Assembly: GCA_973895155.1 (NCBI GenBank)
Contig: OZ316897.1
Span: 18,696,457-18,760,456 of the forward strand
Source: Marsupella aquatica
Lineage: Eukaryota > Plantae > Marchantiophyta
DNA: 64,000 bases
Direction: 5' to 3'
Part shown: positions 51,086 through 62,035 of the stretch, piece after piece
Layout: every line of letters begins with the position of its first letter
Numbering within the stretch: position 1 is the stretch's first letter
Position numbers and translations under genes: made by a program
The notes under the pieces: generated by a model
Told to the model about the DNA's origin: nothing
The model's input: only the letters and a program-made list of their open reading frames with translations
Database searches by the model: none

Positions 51086-52640
51086 ATATATTCGAAAACA
51101 GCGTTGGGAGCTGACTGTATTCGTTTCATGAAAGTAAAACGCTTGAACTTGTGCGATTAGATGGTTCAAATCTAGGGCCACTCAGAAAAATCTCTCCCAC
51201 AGTTACAGGCTTTTGAATTCAATCGCAAAGACACCACGGTGGGCAGAACTGTGGAGGTGTGTTAGAATATGAACATAAAAAGCAAGCGTACAAACCAACA
51301 AACGAACAAACCACAGGATGATAACCATGCACGTTAATTGGTACGTACTGTTTATGCTGAATACTTTTGTTTTGAATCCCTTATTCCCTTGAAGCTACAT
51401 CCCATTAATTCACAGGAAATGACGTCGACTGTGAAAGGATCTCGCTCCTCATAATTCATAGCGTACTAAAGCTGTCTTGGAGAAGACCACTTCACGGAGA
51501 TGAAAGGAAGGCATCCCTCTACCTCGTCCGAAGTAAGCCTGTAAGAGTCCATGATGTCGCAGGTACATATATGGCAACGATGATAATAAATCTCTACAGG
51601 CATATATCCTCTAGTAGTATGAACGACGGGTCAGTAACCACAAAATTAAGTAGCGTAGATCATCACCTGACAGAAAGCTTGTTAATGATACGTTTTCCTG
51701 CAAATCGACCCACCGGACAGGCTGCACTAAAGATCTTGTGGCTTCTTTGCGTAGCTACTTCCTAGCAAAGAAGTTGATTGCGAGGTCCTATAAAATATTG
51801 AATCGAGGCAAAAACTTCATTCTGGCTTTATTCGACCCTAAACTCACGTCTCACACGCGATCAACATCAAGGTTAGTCCCGGGTCACTATATATATATAT
51901 TTACATTTGTGGTTTCAAAATCTATTCAGCATGGGGGAGCCATTGCAGAGTTTGATCTGTCTTCCATTCCGATAGTCCGATCGGATACACATCCTTTCGT
52001 GTTTTCTGCCTGTTTACTTCATTCATTAAGAATGTCCAACAAGCTTATAACAGAGGAGCAATACTGTGGCTCACCTCGATATGCTGTCCACAAACGTGCG
52101 TGCCTATACTGCGTTTTGAGTCCATGGTACATTCTCCTAGCCACAACCGAAGTAAATCGATGTGTCCAAGGGTACCTGAACTACAGATCAATTTAACAAA
52201 TACAAACTAATGCAAAAACCCCGATGAGCATTAGTCATACCCGTCCAGAATCTTATGTTTATGCTCACATGCAGCTGCCATTCCAGTCGTCGCAACATGT
52301 ACTGCATCAAATAAGTTTAGAACATATAGAAAATTTGCATTTCTTAAGGAGACAGTAGTGAAGTTTCATAGGGCGCTTACTATACTTCACTATGACACAC
52401 AGACAGCTTCACAGCGAATAATTAAGCCTAGAGCATTGAGACGAAAGGAAGGCATGTCTTGCCATCTCGCGAAGGAGAAAATCCCACAGTCAGAGGTACC
52501 GTAGCAATTTGCATCTAGAGAGTACTTTACAATATGGTAGTTGCCGCTTCCAACAGTCGTGGGTGACACGCACTTGGGCCTGGATATTTGGTTAACACCG
52601 ACCTCCAGTCTTGCGAAAGATGCTCAAGACCGATAGAGAT

Positions 52641-53486
52641 TCATGCACATCCGAAGCACCCAAAGATTAGAGTTCGAGCCCATGCAAACCATGACTCAGT
52701 GGGTCGTCCGTCATCTTGTGTCGGAGCAGAAAGAAGAGGCGTTCGAGCGGAAGTCCACTGTTCTTGTGTACCAGCGAAGTGGTGGATGTCGACAATTGGT
52801 TCCATGACTGGTTGCGGCCTGGTGACATCACTGTCGAGCCTCCCACCTAATGGGCGAGAAGATGAGATAGTCTCGACACAAGCCATTGCACTTGAGCTCT
52901 TGCTTTGTAGCCCTGTAGTGGACGAACTAGGCAAAAGTATTCCAGGACGAGAAGATGGTCGTTCCAATCTGCTCACGAAGCCTTGCCACTCGCAGTGAAC
53001 GTTTGGAGAGTCCACTCTCGGCATTGGCAACACATTGTGGCTGCCTCGAGCCCTTTCTAGCAAATTATATCTGCTCATAACTTCTGCCACTCTTGGGTGA
53101 AGGCCCTTCTGGGCCACTCTCAGCGGCGCAGGCGACACATTCTGGCTCCCTCGAACCCTTGGGACAAAGTCTGCATCGGAAAGTCTCATATATCTTGACC
53201 GGTAGGTAATGAGTTCCTCCAGTCTGTGGTGCATTGTGGTCATCATTTTCACAGTGATCTGTGAGCAGCTAGCCTTTCGGAAAACCCAGAGTCGTCTGTT
53301 ATCCATTGACCATAAGGAACCTTCGTGAGAAATGACGCGTAGCTTAGGGAAGTCATCGGGGCTCATCTGTCCCGTCTGGATCATTCTTAGAGCCTCCCTA
53401 ACGTTAAAATGTTCATGGGGCGCCTTGAAATGACATGCGATTGATTCCTGAGTGAACCTCAAATCAGCTGGATCGACCGTGGTCAT
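52641..53486 (-). CDS. ParB/Sulfiredoxin-fold (Tox-ParB-like) domain protein A, ~281 aa, intronless
   Basis: VDPADLRFTQESI...FPKLRVISHEGSLWSMDNRRLWVFR; ATG at 53486; N-terminal ~110 aa clearly paralogous to the ORF at 55871; Ser/Pro-rich tail ending WFAWARTLIFGCFGCA. Confidence 0.75.
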   Translation of the reverse strand: MTTVDPADLRFTQESIACHFKAPHEHFNVREALRMIQTGQMSPDDFPKLRVISHEGSLWSMDNRRLWVFRKASCSQITVKMMTTMHHRLEELITYRSRYMRLSDADFVPRVRGSQNVSPAPLRVAQKGLHPRVAEVMSRYNLLERARGSHNVLPMPRVDSPNVHCEWQGFVSRLERPSSRPGILLPSSSTTGLQSKSSSAMACVETISSSRPLGGRLDSDVTRPQPVMEPIVDIHHFAGTQEQWTSARTPLLSAPTQDDGRPTESWFAWARTLIFGCFGCA

Positions 53487-55870
53487 TTTTCGTGTAGAAG
53501 TCAAGGACTCTTTAACAATTTTGAGACTCTACAGAATTTCTAGGCTCACTGGAAGTAACACGGTCTTATTTCTTGACTCGTGGAAAACTGTCTCGACTCC
53601 AAAAATCTGCAGTACTTAGATAGATAAACCTCACATTTTCTGATTCGAATAGTTTTCTCTATCCGAAATCTTATAGCAGCCACCAGCACCTCGGGAAATT
53701 ATCCTTTTAGCATGAAACAGATATCTACACTCGTCCAAGCTTTCTGCCGATGGCAAAGTACGTTGTCCTGGCTAGGCAGCGGAGAGTTGCTAGTTTCCTG
53801 AAGGCCTACTCGAAATTGCCGGCCACATCTCTTGAGAAAACCATCAAAGGCTGAACTAATTAAGTACAATCAAGCGAAAGCGTATAATGATCGATTATAT
53901 CAGAAGGTTTCAAAGCACCAAGTTGGACAAGCGGTATGGACATCTATGTTCAAACTGGCATTGCAGTATCTGCTTGACCATCTGGTCAGGACGGTTGTAT
54001 CATAGATTCTTAGTGTTGTCCACTCGATCACAAACCAGTCGTTAGTGGCGAGGCGGCGTGAAATCCCCATTGTTGGTACGGAAAGTGATTCTTCCAATTA
54101 TTGAAATCGCGTAATGATGGCGGCACGAAAATGCTCACAGTACGGGTGGCGGATCTTCCTCACGCTTTCACGATAACCTGAAGAGTACAGCGAGCAGATG
54201 TACTCTACCCTATCTCAGATAACACGTCCTGTGAAGCTCTAATTACAAAATTTGTGACCGGGCCGTTCTGATATCCAATGTCTGTCGAGATCGAGTGCAG
54301 TACGCAGTACTGCAACGTTTTCATGATTGTGTGCGGTAAATGAAGTCCCGCGTTTCCTTGTATGAAAGATCGGTGTTATGTATGCAGTGAACAGAGTTGG
54401 GGATCTCTTTGTACTAGTTTTGACACGATATACAATACTGTCGGATGTAGATAGAATGGGCGCATCCTGGAGTGAGAATTTAAACAGGAAAAACGAGCTG
54501 CAGTTAAATCATATCACCGGTGAAGTACTGTGGAAGGCTCCGTCCACAGTCCTTCCATTCCTTATGTGACCGGAAATTTGCATATCATTGAATGTATTCA
54601 TGGAAAAATACTAATGAAAAGTTAGTGCTCGACCGAGCAGAGATTCTTGGGCTCATGATCACGTTTGATTTTCTAAAGTTATCTTTCGGTCCAAATGAGA
54701 ATAGTCTTAGGATTTCTTTACAAGAGTAAATTATGAGAATAGCTACAAAATAGTATAGCCATTGATTCCAATTGAAAACAAAGAGAAGCATGCCCTTGAT
54801 GCCAGTAAACTGAAAAGGCAAATATTAATTCGCTAAGTACTCGGCGGTATCCAGAGTCTAGAGCCTATATAACGTACAGGTCCCTGTAGACTATCACAGT
54901 ACGTACTGTACCTTATACGAGATTGGACACAACAACGGCGGCGACACAATCAGACAGTGTTGTCAGTACCACGACATATTGCATCCCAGAACACGAACTG
55001 CCCGTAGTTAAAATCAGTAAGGAACCAATGATACTGCGAGTTCACAGAGCAGCGTTTCATTGAAGTCTAGCCTTACGGCTATAGATATCTGATTTCATTT
55101 GTAGCTTCAACTTTGCTAAATATGTCCCCGAAAACAAAGATCCATTACCATAATGTAGTACCTTACGATTGGCGGCTGATTTTCGAGGATCGCACGACAT
55201 TAGGTGTTCTTTACATCGATATTCAGTCACTGTACCATAACAACCTATTAAGCTTTCAAGATACGAAGAGCATCAATATATCTGAAATATCAAATATGTG
55301 ACACTGGATAGGTGGATAACGAAGAGAGTTAATTAACAGGACGGTTAGAGCCTCAGTGTGGAACGTACAACAAACTAAGTCACGACTGAAGCAGACCCTT
55401 GAGTAGAGTGGGAATTCCTTACGTACCGTCTGAGAAGACCGAACCTGTTTCTTAGATGATGGGATCCATTCCAAGCTTTTTCTGAACATGTGAAGATTTT
55501 CCTTTGAAGCTATGAGAGGATCCGGTTTGCTCAACAGAAACATACACCGAGTATATAGTTGGTTCACTGAGCTTCAAGCAAAGGTCTACCAAGTTTGTAA
55601 GTAACGTACGCGTCGACGTTTGAGTGAAGCCTGAGATCCAAGTAGAAATCCACGTTTGTCAGAGCGATCGGAGAGAGATATACACTAAGCACAATTGTGG
55701 GATTTTGTAAGTCACATATGAACTACTTGGGGTTGGTGTAGACGGATGACAATTGCCCTACAAACGAAGAGTTATCCTCTATTTCAAGGAGAAATATATA
55801 GAAGTCTGAATTGGATTCAGATCGCGGCTGGAGTTGGCTACTGTCGATAGAGACTATAGATTACGGAACA

Positions 55871-57553
55871 ATGTTAGTGGACCCAGCTGACCTCCGATTC
55901 ACGCAGGACTCCATATCTCTGCATTTTCAACCTCCTTACAGTCACTTCACCATCAGAGAGGCGGTCAGAAGAATATCACAGAACGACATGACGCCAGACG
56001 AGTTTCCCTTCATCCGCGTCATATCGTATGATGGATGTCTCTGGTCTGTAGATAACAGAAGGTTGTGGGTATTTCGATTTGCACGTTGCAGAAGCATCTC
56101 TGTGCGGCTAGAGGAGAGTATCCACCCTCGTCTTTGTCAAATCATCTCGAGCCCAGGCTTATTGCGCAAGATGAAAGGAGCTGGTTTTTTCCCAAGAGTC
56201 CGTGACAGAGGACGCAAGGATCTGGATTTTGATCTTCGCTACCCACAGCCGTCCTCATTCCAGCCCTCCAAAAACTCGGACTATACTGTAATCAACATGG
56301 CCCAAGAGGATACGGAACCATTCGAATTCCTTCCAAACCTCTGTGGAAGGGGAGACACAGTTTGGACTTTCAATCGTCTTGACGCACGGCTGTCCTCGTC
56401 CCAGGCGGAAATCGTCGACTTCTTTCCAAAAGCTAGTGACAGGGGACACACAAATGGGGATTCTGACCGTCTTGGCCCTCAGCCGTCGTCATGTCAGGCC
56501 TCAAGAAGCGATGAGTACACAATGAACAAGGCCCAAGACTTCGTTCCAAAAGTCCATGACAACGAGGAAACACATTGGGATTTTCACCGTCTTCACCCAC
56601 ATGTGTCATTGCAGTCGTCAGGGAGCCATGAGCGCAAAACCAGCAAGGCCCAAGAGCAAGCGGAAGGAGTCGACTTCGTTCCGAAAGCCCGTACCGGGGG
56701 AGACACAAGGGAAGACAAAATTTGGGATTTCAATCGCCTTGGCGCAGGGCTGTCCTCGTTCCAGGCGGAAGGAATCGATTTCTTTCCAAAAGCCAGTGAC
56801 CGGAGACACAGAAATGGTGATGCTGATAGTCTTGGGCCTCAGCCGTCGTCATTCCAGCCCTCAAGAAGCCATGACTACACGATCAACAAGGCCCAAGAGC
56901 ACGCAGACTGCTTTCCAAAAGTTCATGATAGCGAGGACGAAGATTGGGATTTCCATCGTCGTCACCCACAGGTGTCCCCATTGCAGCCGTCAGGAATCCA
57001 TGACTACACAACCAACAAGGCCGAAGAGCAAGCAGAAGGAGTCGACTTCGGTCCGAATGCCCGTGCCGGGGGTGACACTGATCAGGATTTTGATCGTCTT
57101 CACGAAGAGTTGTCTGACGGATCATTCCCGCCTTCACGAATCCATGACTACACGATCAGCAAGGCCCAAGAGGATCCGGAGAATCAATATACGTCTGTAA
57201 CAGGCACGCCTTACACTTTATCGACCAGCCTCGCGACCAGCACGGCCGAGAGCACGGCCCGAGAACAGGCAAACAACAAAATTACGTCTGGGACTGCCTC
57301 GTCCGAGACTCCATGGACCAGCACAGTCCGAAAACATCCGGAAAGCCAAAAGATGTCTGGGACTGCCTCGCCCCAGACTCAATCGACCAGCACAGCCCTC
57401 AATATTATTTGGAGTGCTGCAAAAACGACGATTCACCTTGCTGGTATGGCTTCGAGCCAGACCGTCAAGGTTGCCAAGAAGGTATTCAATGCTTTCTGGG
57501 TCTTATTTCATGGAGTCAAGGTTCTCGCTATGGGGCAAGAGCCAAAGAATTGA
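55871..57553 (+). CDS. ParB/Sulfiredoxin-fold (Tox-ParB-like) domain protein B, ~560 aa, intronless, with 8 internal repeats
   Basis: MLVDPADLRFTQDSI...FPFIRVISYDGCLWSVDNRRLWVFR; DFxPK...DF.RL...SS.Q.S..H.YT..KAQE repeats; C-terminal amphipathic segment. Confidence 0.8.
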   Translation: MLVDPADLRFTQDSISLHFQPPYSHFTIREAVRRISQNDMTPDEFPFIRVISYDGCLWSVDNRRLWVFRFARCRSISVRLEESIHPRLCQIISSPGLLRKMKGAGFFPRVRDRGRKDLDFDLRYPQPSSFQPSKNSDYTVINMAQEDTEPFEFLPNLCGRGDTVWTFNRLDARLSSSQAEIVDFFPKASDRGHTNGDSDRLGPQPSSCQASRSDEYTMNKAQDFVPKVHDNEETHWDFHRLHPHVSLQSSGSHERKTSKAQEQAEGVDFVPKARTGGDTREDKIWDFNRLGAGLSSFQAEGIDFFPKASDRRHRNGDADSLGPQPSSFQPSRSHDYTINKAQEHADCFPKVHDSEDEDWDFHRRHPQVSPLQPSGIHDYTTNKAEEQAEGVDFGPNARAGGDTDQDFDRLHEELSDGSFPPSRIHDYTISKAQEDPENQYTSVTGTPYTLSTSLATSTAESTAREQANNKITSGTASSETPWTSTVRKHPESQKMSGTASPQTQSTSTALNIIWSAAKTTIHLAGMASSQTVKVAKKVFNAFWVLFHGVKVLAMGQEPKN

Positions 57554-60119
57554 GAAATTTTAAACTTCCTCGAATCCAGCTCTCTTCGCTTGCTGACTGT
57601 GACCTTTAGATAGCTGGTTTTCATTTTGTTCCTTGCTTCTATCTGAGACGGATGTAGTTTCCTTCGAGTAACACTTTAGATTAGGCCATGGAATGCTGTT
57701 CACTAGTTTTGTCATCGAGAACGTCCATCCGGCAAGCGAAATAGTGTTTTGCTTGTACGTAGCGACATTGATCAGTTTTCAGTATCGGAGAGTGATTACC
57801 AGGAAATTAAATGGATAAGTAACCTTAACGATGCCAAATTTGAATTGTTTTAAGAATCCAGGAATTCTCATTATTTACCAGGATATGTGAGACACAACTA
57901 ACTAGAAGCTGGTGAAGAATAGGCTTGCATATATTTTGTGTCGGTGCCGTTTATGGTTGTGAAATCGCCAACCTTGCATTTGTGTCTGACAATGCATGGA
58001 ACTTCCTGGTTGGCATGCCTTCCATCGATCTCCAGATCTCTGTTGAGTAGCACATTTTTCATCATTCATCTAGACGCTTTGATCTGTCTCTGAATTCACG
58101 AAGCACTTAGTTAGTGTAGCTAAGTTAGTGTAGCTGGAATAATTAAGGAAATGAATTTACGTTACATGTCCATCGCTCGTTCAGTGTCATGTTTTTGCAC
58201 ATCACATGCCCTCGCTATGCCACCGACCAGTTCCTGCTGCATGAGTTCGCGTTCACCATCATGACGCTCACCATAACACATGTGCAAAGAAATACGTTGG
58301 AGGGCGGCGATGTTAATGATGTTTCTGTTGAGAATCAGATGTCATCTCGTTTACTTGGGACCATGAACAAATAATTATCCAGATTCTTTAAACCGATCCA
58401 CCGACTGTCCTACGCATATACCTCCCGGCACTGTTTCTTGCTGCTTTGATGAGTCTCAATCATCTTTGTGTAAACAAGTTGATTTCAATATCACATTGAT
58501 TCTAGATCAAGATTTCCACACTTGTTTGGGTGACACCGATCCAGATTGTACCGAGTTTGTACGTCAGATCCATGCATGATTTCACGGGATGCTTGGAGAA
58601 TCCGTGTAGGGAGACTCAATTAGACTCCCGTGTTCATTGAATGGGTTTTCACAATAACTATGCGCCCAGACTAGTGAGGTAGATTGCCCTAATACGAGGA
58701 CAGAGTCATATAGATATACATGTTGAGAAACTTACTTCATCAATTTTACTGCACACCAGGATCAATTCAAATTACAGATTCTTCAAGCCTATTAAATCAA
58801 AGGACATTAATTTCTCATCATTCTTCTGGCCGCTTTGATTGGTTTCATTTTGTTGAGAAGTTGATTGATTTGAGGTCAAGACTTTCCCCTAGTTTTGCGC
58901 GACGATCCAAATTGAAACACTTCAATCATGTTCATTCGCTTAAAGAGGTTTATAACAAGTCAGAGGTGTGGGCCAAGACTAGTGAAATATAGGTGCAGTG
59001 CCGTCTCCGAGAATCAAGGGAGGATTCGACGGTCCAATTTTTAAATGATTCCAGCACAACACAGTTTTCAGAAACGCAGAGGCAACTTCAGGGTCAGTGG
59101 CTGGAAGAGGTACTGTAGGTACACGGGTTGGTACATTGCCGTGATTGTGATCCAATGTTCAAGGGTCTTGCAAATTTTGGAGCTTATTGACCTTTGTTCA
59201 CTTTGATTCTTAAGACTCCTTTCTTTCAGTATTATTTATTGCAAATGTAATCCCAACGTCTGAAAGACATAATGCGTCGTTCGTTTCTGCTAAGCACAAT
59301 TTATTCACTTCTCAAATTAGCATATTTCAAAAAGCTGAAAATCCAAGACCCAGTAATATAGTCTTGGACTAAACAGTCTTGACGCACAACTACACCTCAA
59401 CTATAAGACAAAGCAGGAGGCAGACCGAATTCTAAAATGCTCGGATCCGAATGTCAATGTTGACCTCACCTTTGACCAAGAATGTGCATTAACCATTCCC
59501 ATTCACAATTGGAAATCTAAGACTCATGCCAACATGACAAAGTATGACACACCGAAACGCAACCCACACTACTCTGTCGTTCGTTCGTTGCTCAGTGAAG
59601 TGAGCGAATTCCTTTCATTGGAAACTCAGGTGCGGATGGTGACCAATCAATACACCAACAGGTTCATTCATTCGTTCAAGGCATTTTCAACTACATGACC
59701 ATAATTGCGGTGTGTGCTGCAAACGTTCAGTCTCCACCGAGAGTGTAAATTGCTCCTCTCGTTTCACTCTCTCCTCTTCTAGCGCCTCACATCTCGGCTT
59801 CCCAAACTGGTGCAGCAAGTTGTGTAGAAAGTTATGATATATTTCAGCTTACCAATTGAGATCATTACCCACTTTTAGTCCGTTCAATTCCCTCCACCTC
59901 CGAGAATTTCTCCATGCTCCCGGTTTTACGAATGATTACATCCCACACGGAAGCCCAGAAACGTAGATTCCACTACAGTAGGCTCATTACGGTAGATTGT
60001 TGAACGGCAATTCGATGCGTTGGTTATTTTAGTCCGGTCCGCTTAGTGTGTGGCCGAGTGTCTGCCATGACCAATTCTCCGGTGTTTTATTCGTTAAATC
60101 TTCACGGTATGCATGATCG

Positions 60120-60830
60120 ACACCAGCCTTTGTCCATTATTAGTCTGCGCCAGGCGAGGGTGAAGACTGACGAGTCTCCGGCTGACGTTTGGGTACTAGC
60201 GCATTTTTGGCCCATTTTTGGCCCCTAAAATGCTCGCCTCGATCCTGGAAGCATCGATTCTGAGACGCTTTTGAAGGCTTCTGGGAGGAGTTACCCACAC
60301 ACTAATTAACTTGCCATGCACGGTATCCCCTATGCAACCTCCCTCGCCCGGCAAATTCGAATGATGCAATCATCTAAAGTCTGTAGAGAAATCTTCATGG
60401 TAGCCCTTTCTTGACCAACTCCCAATTTGTCCATCATAATCGAGACCTGCCTTCGTGCATTACTCTGGCCAGACGAAGGTGAAGACTGACGAGTCTCCGG
60501 CTGACGTTTGGATACTAAATCTGGGACGCTTGCGATTGCTTCTAGGAGAAGTTACCCAGAGTCCCAGACACTATAATTAATTTGCCCATGCTCGGCATCC
60601 CCTATGCAAGCTCCCTCGCCCCGAAAAATTCGAGAATGATTTGATCATTAAATCTAGAAATCTTCATGGTAGGCCTGTCTTGAACAACCCCCGTCCATCT
60701 GTCTTCTTCGGCCGGTTGTCCATCCATGATGAAGTAGTTTGCACCAGACGAAGGTAAGGACGGACGAGTGTTCAGCTTACGTTTGGGTCACGTATGGGTA
60801 GCCCACTATTGGTAATTCTGGGATGCTGAC
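60120..60830. repeat. Degenerate ~280-320-bp tandem repeat, 3 copies, upstream of NSF copy 3
   Basis: gaagactgacgagtctccggctgacgtttgg at ~60162 and ~60481; degenerate third copy at ~60750. Confidence 0.75.
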
Positions 60831-62035
60831 GAGTAACAGAAATGCACTTGCACCATACCGAGACACTAGAAAATTAGACTATCTCCTGTGCGCAGCTTCG
60901 CACACCCTCCGCTAACGCCTTGTCCACCGCCCTATTCCTTGCAACACCTCTGCCTTGCGTCCTGCCCGCCGTAGTATATATGGTGTTGTCCTTCGCTTTC
61001 TTCCTCGTTTCAAAATTGAATGTGCCTCATTAGACAGAGTGCCCGCTCGGCTCCTTCCCCAGCCAGCGTCGTCTTGACATCAATTCCTTTCTGCTCGTCT
61101 ACTGTGAGTCCGTCTCGGGGGTTGATCGTTGTCGTTGAGTTGAATGCCAAATGGGAGCTCGGAGGGGCATTTTCTACACTCACCATTTTGAGTTCACCTG
61201 TACGATGTTTTAAGGCCAACTGATGTGATCGAACAGCAAGCTGCCTTGTGACGCATACTGTCACTCTGCGAGGTGAGTGCTCGGGACTTGGCCAGCGATA
61301 TGTCAATGGTTAGCCTGGAATGTTCTATCCTTCTTGCTTTTCCATATTTGGTACTTCGTAATGGAGCGTAGTATGGTCCACCAGTTTTCTGGTGGGAAGG
61401 ATTGGCAGTCGAGAGGATCACAAAGTAGAGTCTGACGTAGAGTCATTTGGGAGTAATGGTCGAGCCAAGCGGGCCAATTGTGTATTCGTAATGTCTCGGT
61501 CCACATCTTTTATCACTGCTTTTATCTGACTAAAAACGGACGGCATTTGCACCAGGACTAACGATCATTATCGCCGTTTGTTGGTAGCAATGCTCTGGTG
61601 CACCATCACCCACTGAAATTCTTTGATTTTGGCTTCCACGTAAGATCTTCGTTGCTTCTTCCAAAGCTGTCGTGGCCGAGGTTCCCATTCAGCTCTGTTT
61701 CTCCATTTCTGTAGCCCAATGTGAAGCTCTGAACCTACCTTGTGCTGTACATTTCTCATGTGAGAGTTTAGTTTATTGTTCGTCTTCTGTCTTCTGTTTG
61801 TTATCAATCACGTCCATGGTTCTTCCTATCAGGTTCGTTTCACTTGTTCTGGTTCGGGCTTTCCTTCTACTGCATTTGGTGGTTTGCTTTGCCCTGCGCT
61901 GTGAGCGAACGTACATTCTTGCGAAATTCCTTTAGAAATCTGGTCAGGTTTTTTTTGTGAGACAAGCGAATTGCCTTGTTAAAGCATTAGTTGAAATTGT
62001 CCTGGGATCGAATATTTCGAAGCTGCTTGGTCAAC

